DNA of 62,326 nucleotides from a virus. Its lineage: Duplodnaviria > Heunggongvirae > Uroviricota > Caudoviricetes. The position numbers were made by a program, and so were the translations under genes. The stretch is taken from the IMG/VR virus record IMGVR_UViG_3300047470_000520; one strand, written 5' to 3'. Of this stretch, positions 8,495-18,558 are shown one piece after another. The notes under the pieces are model-generated. The model saw nothing but the letters and a program-made list of their open reading frames with translations, was not told where the DNA came from and ran no database searches. Each line of letters starts with the position of its first letter. Within the stretch, counting starts at the first letter, position 1.

Positions 8495-8601
8495 CTCGTA
8501 ACGTGCCTTAACCAATAGCTCCCAAAGCGCGTTCGGGGAGTGTCAAACCAACGATGAGTAGGTTTGATTAGCTAGTTAGGAACGGTATCGAGCAGATGTG
8601 G
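8488..8601 (+). ncRNA. Putative TnpB omega/reRNA scaffold 3' part plus flanking guide
   Basis: Nested stems in the IS right end (CTCCC/GGGAG, TCAAACC/GGTTTGA, CCTTAAC..TAGCT/AGCTAGTTAGG). The position matches known TnpB guide RNAs; the 5' end is not determinable. Confidence 0.45.
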
Positions 8602-8609
8602 TATCAGGA

Positions 8610-9134
8610 TCAGTAGGACAGGATCACTTCATTCATGAATCGAACCAAATCGCCACCGAGTTGCCGCTGCAAAATCTCTCGGGTTTTTGGGGTGTCCTGA
8701 GCTTTGTACGATGCGAAGCAGGGTTCGGTGAGCTTCTCTACAAATGTATGGGTTTTTGCTCTTCGCTTGAAGGATTTCAACTCGACAATCTCATCGCCCA
8801 TTTGGGGAATCGCAAACTCAAACCAGGACTCAACCGTATCGGGCTCTTCGAGCACGCTCTCTCCATAGTTCAGAGTGAGCGTATAACCAGCAGACTTAAG
8901 GGCATCCACGATCTGTTGTTGCTGGTCAACGCCGAGCTCGACCCGAGTCATTCCGCCATCGCCCATATTGCTGACCATGCCCAGCTTCTTGCCCTGGAAG
9001 TAGACCGTACACGACCATGCAATCCCACGATGCGTTTCGGTCTGGCTGAACGATTTGATCTGAACGTTGGCTTTTTTGGCAGCGTCAAGATTGTCGAATG
9101 GCTTCACGGGCAGTTCCTCATGGTTTCGCTTCAA
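8610..9134 (-). CDS. Hypothetical protein
   Basis: 174 aa ORF with protein-like composition; no motif recognised. Confidence 0.75.
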   Translation of the reverse strand: MKRNHEELPVKPFDNLDAAKKANVQIKSFSQTETHRGIAWSCTVYFQGKKLGMVSNMGDGGMTRVELGVDQQQQIVDALKSAGYTLTLNYGESVLEEPDTVESWFEFAIPQMGDEIVELKSFKRRAKTHTFVEKLTEPCFASYKAQDTPKTREILQRQLGGDLVRFMNEVILSY

Positions 9135-9185
9135 TGAGGGTTTATTCTATACTTAACTATGGAATCTAGCAACGTCTTTCCATAC

Positions 9186-9434
9186 TTATGTGTAGAATTT
9201 CAGAGCGCTGAGAATGAACGCATGCTTGTCATGAATGCCTTTGAGTCGGTTGTAGAACTGGCTCGTGGTCACGCCATGTTTCTCGGTTGCTTCTTTGGCG
9301 GTAAGGCCATGAACAAGGTGGTCGCGCAGGGCTGGAATGACCTTTTTGCCGCTGAATTTGGTGTCACTCAGCAGAAGTTCAAAATGTTCTTCGTCGACTT
9401 TCCCTGGTATCAAGGTCTGGGCCTCAGCAGCCAT
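9186..9434 (-). CDS. PapB/FocB/TrfB-like small HTH transcription regulator
   Basis: EEHFELLL...KVIPALRDHLVHG.TAKEA.EKHGV..SQFY matches the PapB-type pattern as recalled. Confidence 0.7.
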   Translation of the reverse strand: MAAEAQTLIPGKVDEEHFELLLSDTKFSGKKVIPALRDHLVHGLTAKEATEKHGVTTSQFYNRLKGIHDKHAFILSALKFYT

Positions 9435-9507
9435 CTGTAAAACTCCGAAAATGAATTAATATTCCACAGTTTACTATGGAATTTAGCGAGACAGCCACCG
9501 GTATTTG

Positions 9508-10527
9508 TTACAGACCCAACTCATCTTCAAGCTTCTGTGCCTTGTACCATTGCAGGCCAAGCTCTTTCTCTACGTCCAGAAGCGCTTCAGTAAACGCATC
9601 TTTGATCAGACCGCTATGCAGAGAGACTCTTTGGCTTTTGAGGCAGTATTCGCCGACGCTACTGATGCTCCAGACCAGCTTCATCGCAGATTGATGGCCT
9701 TTGATTTCGGCGATCTTGGCAAAGGCCAGGCGCTGACCGTTAACGGACATGCGGATGGCGATATGTTCTTTATTATGGCTGACGGTCTGAGCAAAGAGGG
9801 AGGCTTTCGCAATGGCAATGGCCAGGGTAGGGGCGCTGCCGACCAGACTGAGGCTTCCGTCCTGAAGAACACTTTTGATCACAAACTCCTGGTGGAACAG
9901 ATCATTACGCACCCAAGTCTGCTTAATGTCACTGAAGCAATAAGTCTGGCCATTCTCGACTCTGCTGAGGAATTTACTCTGGACGCTGTCTGGGATCGTG
10001 AAGCTGGGCGCCTGGATACTCAGCAGATTGACCAGGGAGCGATTCTTGAAGTGCTTGAAGTAGTCGCTGATCGATTGCTGCTGGCCAGGCGTGGAGGCGT
10101 TGTAGAGATCAGCCACTTGTCCCCAGTGGATGTTTTCGTCCACGTTTAGGCTGTGCAGCAGATAGGCTTCGAGCTGATCGGCCCGAAATTTCTCGCCGGT
10201 GTACAGGTCATAGTCCCTGGCGGCCAGTTTAGATAAATCGGATTTGCCGGTGACGGCGGTGAAGTTGTGATAGCTCAGCTTAAGGATACTGAAAAGGTCG
10301 ACGAAGGTGCTGTCATGCATCCCGGCCAGCGTTCCTGATTGAGCGATCTTGATTTTGCCAGGTGATGGGAAGTGTTTTGCCTCGAAGCCGGCGTCATCCG
10401 TTTCGTCGGGCCACTCTCTATCGCTGATGTGCTCAATGGCGATGTTGGTAGCGAGAAACTTGGCCGTGATGAACGGGTACGCGTCCAGGCTCGGCGGGGC
10501 GATGTGAGTTGGCAGCGTATCGGTCAT
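9508..10527 (-). CDS. Family B hypothetical protein (WYKAQKLEDELGL)
   Basis: 339 aa; closest by eye to 11733..12764. Confidence 0.9.
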   Translation of the reverse strand: MTDTLPTHIAPPSLDAYPFITAKFLATNIAIEHISDREWPDETDDAGFEAKHFPSPGKIKIAQSGTLAGMHDSTFVDLFSILKLSYHNFTAVTGKSDLSKLAARDYDLYTGEKFRADQLEAYLLHSLNVDENIHWGQVADLYNASTPGQQQSISDYFKHFKNRSLVNLLSIQAPSFTIPDSVQSKFLSRVENGQTYCFSDIKQTWVRNDLFHQEFVIKSVLQDGSLSLVGSAPTLAIAIAKASLFAQTVSHNKEHIAIRMSVNGQRLAFAKIAEIKGHQSAMKLVWSISSVGEYCLKSQRVSLHSGLIKDAFTEALLDVEKELGLQWYKAQKLEDELGL

Positions 10528-10584
10528 GCGGGATCCTTTGTTAAGTCGAAATATTAGTTAAATTGACGCACAGCCGGGCGGAGC

Positions 10585-11721
10585 CTACAAGCCAAGCTCA
10601 TCCTCAAGCTTGAATGCCTTACTCCACTGCAGGCCCATGGCCTTCTCGGTGGCAAACAGTGTTTTGATGAACTCGTTCCTTGAGATGCACGAGGGGGAAC
10701 GTGGGTTGAAATCCACCAGAGGCTTAAAACTCGTGGGATAACGAAGCGGTTTAGCCTGCTGATCTTGTGCCGAGGTTGTTTTATTCGGTTCCCAGGCCGA
10801 GTCATCCAGGTTCCAGCGAATCTTGCCTGGAGCCTTTATGTCTGAGGCAGAGGTCGGGGCTCTCAAGCGAGGCCCCGTATGAAACTCCCCGCCAGCCACG
10901 TAGTTACCACCTAGGAGCACGTCGAACGCATTCATGTTAATGGTCATGTTGAAGCCTTGCGCGAAGATCGATATTTTCGCGATGGCCTGGGCCAGCGTGG
11001 CTGCGGTAGCGATTAAGGAAGGTCTTTTGAAGAGGTGGTGAAATCCTTCAATTCGATATTGGTGATGAAAAATATCTTCACGCAGCCACTCCTGTTGCGG
11101 CTCGCTGAACAGCAGCACCTCGCCATGTTCGACCTTGCTATCGAACGTTTGTGTCAGGCTGGTCGGCAATTCGAACGTTGGCCCAGGGATTTTCATCAAC
11201 CTTTCCAGTGTGCGGTTTCTAACCTTGGAAAAATAACCGCAAATAGCTTCTTGCTGGTAAGGCGTTGATTCGTTGTAAAGGCTCGCCAGTAGTCCCCAAT
11301 GAATGTTTTTCGCCAGCGTCGAGTGATGCAGAAACGTGGTTTGTCTGGAAGCATTCTGGTGCCTTACTTTGTCATACCACCTGTCTTTTTCACCTGCGAG
11401 GGCAACCAGATCAGCCTTGGTGCGATAGGTTTCACCGGTCGAGAGCTCGGGCTTTAAGATGACGAACAACCGCTCAAACGTCTTATCGTTCATCGAGAGC
11501 AATGGCGCAATCCGATCTCTACGGATAATAACCGGCTCAGTGAAATAATGGGCAGTGAAAGCCTTATCTGAATACGGCTGTTCTAAATCCGTCTCGTTCC
11601 ACAAATGCCTGATGCCGATGTCATAGCGATGAAACAGGATGTCGATGAAGGGGTACGCCTCGAGCGACGGCGGAGCAAAGTAGTTGGGTATTTCGGTAGT
11701 CATCAGCAATTCCGAGTTCAT
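10585..11721 (-). CDS. Family B hypothetical protein (WSKAFKLEDELGL)
   Basis: 378 aa; closest by eye to 12806..13879. Confidence 0.9.
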   Translation of the reverse strand: MNSELLMTTEIPNYFAPPSLEAYPFIDILFHRYDIGIRHLWNETDLEQPYSDKAFTAHYFTEPVIIRRDRIAPLLSMNDKTFERLFVILKPELSTGETYRTKADLVALAGEKDRWYDKVRHQNASRQTTFLHHSTLAKNIHWGLLASLYNESTPYQQEAICGYFSKVRNRTLERLMKIPGPTFELPTSLTQTFDSKVEHGEVLLFSEPQQEWLREDIFHHQYRIEGFHHLFKRPSLIATAATLAQAIAKISIFAQGFNMTINMNAFDVLLGGNYVAGGEFHTGPRLRAPTSASDIKAPGKIRWNLDDSAWEPNKTTSAQDQQAKPLRYPTSFKPLVDFNPRSPSCISRNEFIKTLFATEKAMGLQWSKAFKLEDELGL

Positions 11722-11732
11722 TTCATCGAAGG

Positions 11733-12764
11733 TTAAAGGCCCAGCTCATCCTCAAGCTTTTGCACCTTACTCCACTGCACGCCAAGTTTTCTCTCTACGG
11801 CCAACAGGGTGTCGGTGAAGATCTCATTCAGGTTGCCATACTGGGCGGATATTTTTTTGAAATCAAAATCAGCGCCGACTTTATCGGTTCTCCAGGTCAG
11901 CTTTTGGGCGAACTGATGGCCTTTGGTGTTGTAGATATTGGCGCCGGCCAAGCGTTGCTTGTTCAACAGTAACCGAATGGCGATGTAATCACTGGAGTGC
12001 TCTAACGTCTGTACGAAAAGTGTGGCCTTTCCCAGCGCCAAAGGCAGCGTCGGTGCGCAGGCAACCAGTTCATAGGTCAGATCATGCTTGACGGCCTCAA
12101 TTGTAAACTGACGGTGAAGCTCGTCGTCTCGCCGCCAGGCGTTTTTAATGTCACTGAACAGGAAGGTCTGGCCATTTTCAGTCTTGCTGAGAAACGGCTC
12201 GTCAAAGCTAGCGGGGAGGTTAAAGCTCGGGGTCAGTACGCTCAACAATCGCACCAGAGACCGGTTCTTGAAATGCTCAAAGTAGTCGCTGATCACACGC
12301 TGCTGGTCGGGGCTTGACTCGTTGTACAGCGCAGCCAAATCGCCCCAGTGAGCATGATCATCAGTCTTGAGGTCTGCGAGGAGGTAGGCATCGAGCTGAT
12401 CCGGCCTGAAATGCTTACCGACGTAGAGGTCAGCGTTTCTAAGCGCTAATCTCGAAAGCTCTGCCTTTGTCGGAATAACTGTGAAGTTGTGGAAGCAAAG
12501 CTTGAGAATACCGAACAGGCGCTCAAAGGTTGAGTCGGTCATCCGGGTCAGGATTGAGCTACGGTCTACATCCACGGTAGAGGGTGATCCAAAGTGATCA
12601 GCCTCAAAGCCTGCATCGTTGTACTCATCAGGCCAGGGCTCTTTATCGCCAAAAGTATCGATGTTGTGGTTCGTGTAGATCATTTTTGCGGTGATGAACG
12701 GGTACGCGTCCAAGCTCGGCGGTGTGATGTAAATGGGTAGCTTGCCGCTCATGTGCAGATCCAT
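11733..12764 (-). CDS. Family B hypothetical protein (WSKVQKLEDELGL)
   Basis: 343 aa paralog. Confidence 0.9.
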   Translation of the reverse strand: MDLHMSGKLPIYITPPSLDAYPFITAKMIYTNHNIDTFGDKEPWPDEYNDAGFEADHFGSPSTVDVDRSSILTRMTDSTFERLFGILKLCFHNFTVIPTKAELSRLALRNADLYVGKHFRPDQLDAYLLADLKTDDHAHWGDLAALYNESSPDQQRVISDYFEHFKNRSLVRLLSVLTPSFNLPASFDEPFLSKTENGQTFLFSDIKNAWRRDDELHRQFTIEAVKHDLTYELVACAPTLPLALGKATLFVQTLEHSSDYIAIRLLLNKQRLAGANIYNTKGHQFAQKLTWRTDKVGADFDFKKISAQYGNLNEIFTDTLLAVERKLGVQWSKVQKLEDELGL

Positions 12765-12805
12765 TTAATTCATTGTAAGTGGTTGAATTGACGCACCGCC
12801 AGGCT

Positions 12806-13879
12806 CTATAGGCCCAACTCATCCTCAAGCTTTCTCACCTTGCTCCACTGCAGGCCCAGGGCTTTCTCCGTGGCGAACAAGATCTTGGTGAAATCGGTTC
12901 TGGAGATCCTTGGGCTTCCTGGCTCATCATCCCAAACATCATCGTTCAGGTTCCATTGTGTTTTGACCGGCGTTTTCAATGCAGTCAGGAATGCCTGTGG
13001 CTTTTTTCCGAAATCTCTCTTGAATAAACCATCGGCGACATATTCGCCATCAAGGACGACACAGAACTCACTCATGGAATGGGTAGGGGCATGAATGTGC
13101 TGAGTGAAGAGGGTGAGCTTGGCAATGGCCTGGGTCAGCGTCGGGGCAGTGGCCAGCAGAAATATCTGGTTCTTTCCGCTATGAAATCCTTCCACTCGGT
13201 AACGGTTGTGAAACAGATCTTCGCGTAGCCATTTTTGGCTAGTTTCGCTGTAGATCAGGCGATCACCCTGTTCAACCTTGCTTGCGAACTCCTCATGAAG
13301 GCTGGCTGGCAGTTCGAAAGTGGGCCCAGGGACTTTCATTAGGTCTTCTAGGCAGCGGTTTCTGACCCTCAAAAAAAAGCCTGAAATAGCCTCTTGCTGG
13401 TCAGGGGTTGATTCATTGTAGAGATTCGCCAGCCTGCCCCAGTGAATGTTGCTGCTCACTGTGGAGTGATGAAGCACAGCGGTTTGCAGCATCGCCGCGT
13501 GATGGCCGTCAGTGTCATCAGGATGTTCGATCCCGGCAATCGAGCCTGCAAGCTCAGCCTTTGTCCGGTAGGCCTGGCCGTCAGAGTCAATGGGCTCCAG
13601 GATGTCGCAGAGTCGCTCAAACGTCTGATCGGTCATGGCCAATAGCGGCTCAATTCGGAAGGGAATATCCTTTAAAGGCGATGTGTAGTAGAGGTTGGCA
13701 AAGGATTGGTCAGAGTAAGCCTGCTCAAAGTCCTTCTCGTTGTACTCATGCTTGATATGGATATCCAGGCGATGAAACAGGATATCGATGAAGGGGTATG
13801 CCTCCAGCGACGGCGGTGCCAGGTAGGTCGGTCGTGTGGCGGTCATCGGGGTGTCATCTTCCTGTAGAGTCATGTTCAT
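12806..13879 (-). CDS. Family B hypothetical protein (WSKVRKLEDELGL)
   Basis: 357 aa; 4 nt overlap with the upstream paralog. Confidence 0.9.
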   Translation of the reverse strand: MNMTLQEDDTPMTATRPTYLAPPSLEAYPFIDILFHRLDIHIKHEYNEKDFEQAYSDQSFANLYYTSPLKDIPFRIEPLLAMTDQTFERLCDILEPIDSDGQAYRTKAELAGSIAGIEHPDDTDGHHAAMLQTAVLHHSTVSSNIHWGRLANLYNESTPDQQEAISGFFLRVRNRCLEDLMKVPGPTFELPASLHEEFASKVEQGDRLIYSETSQKWLREDLFHNRYRVEGFHSGKNQIFLLATAPTLTQAIAKLTLFTQHIHAPTHSMSEFCVVLDGEYVADGLFKRDFGKKPQAFLTALKTPVKTQWNLNDDVWDDEPGSPRISRTDFTKILFATEKALGLQWSKVRKLEDELGL

Positions 13880-15060
13880 AGGCCTAAGGCATCTTCAAGC
13901 AAGCGCGCTTTGCTCCATTGCAGGCCAAGGGTGCGCTCAACCGACAGCACCGCCTTGGTGAAGCTCTCAGGTGTGTCGCAAGAGCAGGATGCAATCAGCC
14001 GGCAGATATCTCGGTGCTCCTGTTCAAGCCCTTCGCGCATGCTTTCGTTGCAGTTATCGATTAGTGTCACTAAGTTGTCGCGAACGTCTTTAAAGTGATC
14101 GGTTCTGATCCCGACTTTCGAGAAGTCCCATGACAGCTTTTTATGATCGTTTTCAGAAAGATCATTGTTCAGGGTTCGAGCGCCAGACGCCTCTATTTCA
14201 GCAATGGCAACATCGTAGCTGAGGTGGTGAATGGTCATTCTGTTGCCAGGGCATGATGCATCAGCCGCCTGAGCAAAAAGGCTGGCCAATGCTATTGCCT
14301 GTTCCACAGTGGGGCTCGTGCCAACGAGTAGGTCAGGGTCAGAGCCTCCCTTGTAGTTGATCGTGACTCGATAGACCTGCTGGAACGCAGCTTGATTCAA
14401 CCATTGCTGTTCAACATCGCTGTAAAAAAGAGTCTCACCGTTCTCAATTTTGGTCTCGAATTTCTTTGATAATGCTTCCGGCAGCTTCACCTGAGGAGCA
14501 GGGGCCCCAAATATTTCTACCAGTTGACGGTTCAAGTTATTCACAAAAAACTGGTGAATGGCTTCCTGCTGATCGGTGCTTGATTCGTTGTAAAGATCCG
14601 CCATCAGACCCCAATGAACGGGCTCTGTGAAAAAAGCTTTGCTGACCAGATAGCTGGTCATTTGCTCAAGACTGCAAGGATCATAAATACTCAGGTGGTG
14701 GTTATGCCGGTCGTAAGCGTCGACAACTACCTGATCAAAGCTGACTTTGGTAGAAATGATAGAACCAGCTATTTTTGGTCTCAAAATATAAAGCAGGCGG
14801 TCAAGCGTATTACCTGACATGGCCTGAAGCGGGGCAGTAATCTCTTGATTGATGGTGTCTACTGATCTGAACCAGGTGTCATTGAAGACGTTATCTAGAT
14901 AGCGCTTATGGCTTACGCCATAGGGTTGATGAGCAATGTCGACCATGTGGTGACGAAACATCAGGTCGATGAACGGGTACGCCTCCAGCAAAGGTGGCGT
15001 CAGGGAGTTTGGTCGAGTTGAGCTCCTCTTCGTATGACCTTCCGGTTCAGAAATGTTCAT
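13876..15060 (-). CDS. Family B hypothetical protein (WSKARLLEDALGL)
   Basis: 394 aa; 4 nt overlaps at both ends. Confidence 0.9.
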   Translation of the reverse strand: MNISEPEGHTKRSSTRPNSLTPPLLEAYPFIDLMFRHHMVDIAHQPYGVSHKRYLDNVFNDTWFRSVDTINQEITAPLQAMSGNTLDRLLYILRPKIAGSIISTKVSFDQVVVDAYDRHNHHLSIYDPCSLEQMTSYLVSKAFFTEPVHWGLMADLYNESSTDQQEAIHQFFVNNLNRQLVEIFGAPAPQVKLPEALSKKFETKIENGETLFYSDVEQQWLNQAAFQQVYRVTINYKGGSDPDLLVGTSPTVEQAIALASLFAQAADASCPGNRMTIHHLSYDVAIAEIEASGARTLNNDLSENDHKKLSWDFSKVGIRTDHFKDVRDNLVTLIDNCNESMREGLEQEHRDICRLIASCSCDTPESFTKAVLSVERTLGLQWSKARLLEDALGL

Positions 15061-16211
15061 AAGCCCAAAGCGTCCTCAAGCATGTGCACCTTGCTCCACT
15101 GCAGGCCAAGGGTGCGCTCGACCGACAAAACCGTCTTGATGAAGTTGTCTTTCGAGTCGTGCGAGGCCGCTGCGATCTTTCTGCACATTTCGCGATGTTC
15201 CTGCTCAAGCGGCTCGCTGGAAATTTGATTTCCATATTTTATCGTACCGGCCAGGTGGTCACGGAGATCTATCAGATTTGCGCTATCAATGCCGGCTTTC
15301 TGAAAATCCCATACCAGCTTTTTGTGGTCGTTTTCAGAGAAGTCTTTGTTGTAGGTTCGAACCCCGGAGTCCTCTACGTCAGCGATGGCGACTGTTTCAT
15401 CGAGATGGTGAATCAAGATCATGTTGCCAGGGCACAAGGCATTTGATGCCTCGGCGAAAAGGCTGGTCAAGGCAATCACCTGCTTGAGCGTGGGTGCTGT
15501 CGTGACCAGAAGGCCGGGCTCGGTACTGCCTTTGTTCGTGATGGTGGCGCGATAAATTTGGTGGAATTTCGCTTCTTTGAGCCACTGCTGCTCAACGTCG
15601 CTGTAAAGCAACGTCTCGCCATTTTCAATCTTGGCGTCGACGGGCTCACGCAAAGAATGAGGTAACTCCATGGCCGGGGCCCGCGTGGCAAGCATCGATT
15701 CCAGTTGGCGGTTCAAACAATTGAGGAAGAACTGATTCAGAGCCTCTTGTTGGTCGGCAGGCACCTGGTTGTACAGATTCACCAGGTCTCCCCAATGGAT
15801 AGGCTCTGGATAACTGGCTTTGCTCAGCTGAAAACTGGCCATTTGTTCGAGGCTGCAAGGGGCCCACTTGGACTTTTCGTTGCGATTGTTGGATTCGTAA
15901 ACATCAACCACGAGAAGCTCGAAGTCAGTCTTTGAAGTGATGAATGCTCCAAACAATTTTGGTCGCAAAATATGGAGCAATCGATCCAATGTGAAAGCAT
16001 TCATGGCCTGAAGTGGCGCCATCTGCGAAGTATGAACGGTGCCAGGGGTTTTGAAGCAAGTGTCCTTGAAGACTCTGTCGAGGTTGTGCTTGTTGCTTGT
16101 ACCGTACGGGATATGTGCAATGCCGAATAATTGATGGCGAAACATCACGTCGATGAACGGGTAGGCCTCCAATGGTGGAGGGGTCAGCAGGGCAGGTCGT
16201 GTGGATGTCAT
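15057..16211 (-). CDS. Family B hypothetical protein (WSKVHMLEDALGL)
   Basis: 384 aa paralog. Confidence 0.9.
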   Translation of the reverse strand: MTSTRPALLTPPPLEAYPFIDVMFRHQLFGIAHIPYGTSNKHNLDRVFKDTCFKTPGTVHTSQMAPLQAMNAFTLDRLLHILRPKLFGAFITSKTDFELLVVDVYESNNRNEKSKWAPCSLEQMASFQLSKASYPEPIHWGDLVNLYNQVPADQQEALNQFFLNCLNRQLESMLATRAPAMELPHSLREPVDAKIENGETLLYSDVEQQWLKEAKFHQIYRATITNKGSTEPGLLVTTAPTLKQVIALTSLFAEASNALCPGNMILIHHLDETVAIADVEDSGVRTYNKDFSENDHKKLVWDFQKAGIDSANLIDLRDHLAGTIKYGNQISSEPLEQEHREMCRKIAAASHDSKDNFIKTVLSVERTLGLQWSKVHMLEDALGL

Positions 16212-16235
16212 CGATGGCTCCGTTTCTCGTAATTC

Positions 16236-17354
16236 TTAAAGGCCCAGGGCATCTTCGAGCATGAGTACCTTGCTCCACTGAACGCCGAGAGCCCGCTCCA
16301 CTGACAGCACCGCCTTGGTAAAGGTCTCGGGCGTATCGCTTGAGCGGGAATGGATGCGTCTGCAGAGTTCTCGGTGTTGCTGCTGAAGGCCTTCACGAAG
16401 CTTTGGACTGCAATTCTCGATCTGCGTCACCAGGTTGTCACGTATGGTTTCCTCATGCCCGGTGTGCGCCCCTACATCCTTAAAATCCCACACAAGCTTG
16501 TATTGGTCGTTTGCGGGAACAATGTCTGAGTAGGCAATATCATCGGTATTATGGCGAATGGTGATGCGATTTACAGTAGATTCCGAACGCACTCCCTGGG
16601 TAAAAAGCGTTGCGAAAGCAATCGCTTGATCAACAGTCGGTGCGGTTGCCACCAGTAGCTCGGGGTTGGCGCTCCCCCTGTTTTTGACAGTGACGCTGTA
16701 AACCTGTTGCAGTGCTGCCTCGTTAAGCCATTGCTGCTCAACCTCGCTGTAAAAGAAGGTTTCACCATTATCGATCTTTGTGTCGAATGTCTTACGCAGT
16801 GACTCAGGCAGCGTGAGGTCATGGGCCGGAGTGGCAAGAATTACATCCAGCTGACGGTTAAAGTTTTTCAGAAAAAACTGGTGAAGGGCTTCCTGCTGAT
16901 CGGGCGCGGAGTTGTTGTACAAATCCACCATCTGACCCCAGTGAACAGGCTCGGTAAGAACGGCCTTGTACATCTGATAGCTGACCATTTGTTCGAGGCT
17001 GGAGGCATCTATCCTGTCGCCGATGCTGTCTATGTGGCTGTCGTAGGCCTGAAGCGCTTTCTGATCCAGGGCCGCTTTAGTATCAATGATCTCGCTCCAT
17101 ATTTTTGGTTTCAAAACATAGAGCAAACGATCTAACGTGGCTTCGGTCATGGCCTGGAGCGGGGCCATTTGCTCGACGCTAATGCCCTCAAGAGGGAAAT
17201 AGTTTTGGCTGTAAACGTTGTCGAGGTAGCAGCGGTTGCTCACGTCAAAAGGTGTGTGAGCGATGCCGAGCAGCAGACTGCGGAACATCACATCGATAAA
17301 CGGGTAGGCCTCCAGGCTCGGTGGATTGAGGCGTGCAGGTCTACTGGAAGTCAT
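16236..17354 (-). CDS. Family B hypothetical protein (WSKVLMLEDALGL)
   Basis: 372 aa paralog. Confidence 0.9.
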   Translation of the reverse strand: MTSSRPARLNPPSLEAYPFIDVMFRSLLLGIAHTPFDVSNRCYLDNVYSQNYFPLEGISVEQMAPLQAMTEATLDRLLYVLKPKIWSEIIDTKAALDQKALQAYDSHIDSIGDRIDASSLEQMVSYQMYKAVLTEPVHWGQMVDLYNNSAPDQQEALHQFFLKNFNRQLDVILATPAHDLTLPESLRKTFDTKIDNGETFFYSEVEQQWLNEAALQQVYSVTVKNRGSANPELLVATAPTVDQAIAFATLFTQGVRSESTVNRITIRHNTDDIAYSDIVPANDQYKLVWDFKDVGAHTGHEETIRDNLVTQIENCSPKLREGLQQQHRELCRRIHSRSSDTPETFTKAVLSVERALGVQWSKVLMLEDALGL

Positions 17355-17468
17355 CGGGGCGATCCTTGTGCGAGTGTCTTATGAGTATGGGGAATGAGCC
17401 AGGTTTCGAGCAAGGTAGCCGCTGCGCTGGGCGCAGCAAAGAGGCGATCATCTCGGAATGCGGCCCGA

Positions 17469-18494
17469 CTAGAGCCCAAGCTCATCCTCAAGCTTTTGCA
17501 CCTTGCTCCATTGCAGGCCCAGCAGCTTTTCGGTCTCAAGAAGTGTTTTAAAGAACTGCTGATTGGTGATTTCGTCGGTTCCGGCTTTTTCGCGATCCCA
17601 ATTCAGCTTCGCCGGAAGCTCGATGTGAGGGATTGGCTTTGACCACATATCCTTGCTCTGAATCCCTGCGACGGCCAGTACCTTGCCCATGTACTTGATT
17701 TCAATCTTGCGGATGACGTCATTGGAGTCGATGTTCTGGACGTACAGCGAAGCCCTGGCTACCGCTTCTTTGAGCGTTGAGGCGGTAGCAATGCGCAGTC
17801 GACGGTCTACGGCGAGGAACTGTGAAATACCAGTGATCTGGAATTTATCGTTCAAGTCCGCATCTCGAAACCAGTGCTGGTCGATCTCGCAGAAGGCGTA
17901 ATGCTTGCCATCTTGCGCATGTATTTCTAGATCCTGGGTAATAACAGTGGGTAATTCATGCTGAGGGCCAGGCACCGCGAGCAGCACATCAAGCGGCCTA
18001 TTCAGGCAGTGGGTGAAAAACTGGTTGACGGCGTGTTGCTGGTCTTGAGCGAGGCCGTTGAAGAACTCGGCCAGCTCGATCCAGTGCGGGTTCATATCCT
18101 GTTTTGCGTGATGAAGCAGGAAACTCTGTAGCTGATCAAGGCTGGAGTCTTCAGTGCTGTAATCATCATCGGGATCTTCCATCTCTTGGATGGCGACGTT
18201 GATCAGGTCAGTTTTTGACTCGATCAGCGTTTCGCGGATGATCACGCCCAGGATCGAGAATAGACCGGCACCAGTTTCATCAGACATCGCCGCCAGCGGT
18301 GCCATCTGCGCCGGGCCAACATCCTTGGCGCAGTAGAAGTGATTGTGAGAGAAATCAAAGTCCTCAAATCGATAGGGATTATCTCGCTGCTGATGGGCGA
18401 TCCCGGATGCATAGCCCGGTGATTCACGAAAGACCATGCTGATGAAGTGAAAAGAGGAAAGGCTCGGCGGTTCTATGCGGTCAGGCTTTGGCAT
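17469..18494 (-). CDS. Family B hypothetical protein (WSKVQKLEDELGL)
   Basis: 341 aa paralog. Confidence 0.9.
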   Translation of the reverse strand: MPKPDRIEPPSLSSFHFISMVFRESPGYASGIAHQQRDNPYRFEDFDFSHNHFYCAKDVGPAQMAPLAAMSDETGAGLFSILGVIIRETLIESKTDLINVAIQEMEDPDDDYSTEDSSLDQLQSFLLHHAKQDMNPHWIELAEFFNGLAQDQQHAVNQFFTHCLNRPLDVLLAVPGPQHELPTVITQDLEIHAQDGKHYAFCEIDQHWFRDADLNDKFQITGISQFLAVDRRLRIATASTLKEAVARASLYVQNIDSNDVIRKIEIKYMGKVLAVAGIQSKDMWSKPIPHIELPAKLNWDREKAGTDEITNQQFFKTLLETEKLLGLQWSKVQKLEDELGL

Positions 18495-18558
18495 GGCAGG
18501 TATCCAGGTGGTCTCTCTAAATTATCTGGCTTGAGCACCACCTGGCGCAACGCAGGGC

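Larger units (their letters stand above)
6130..8585 (+). mobile_element. IS607-family insertion sequence (tnpA + tnpB)
   Basis: Serine-recombinase TnpA plus TnpB. GG at both junctions (6128-6130 and 8584-8585). Joining the flanks recreates the hairpin CTGCTCGAcaACC-agta-GGTaTCGAGCAG. Left end uncertain by 1 nt. Confidence 0.85.
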
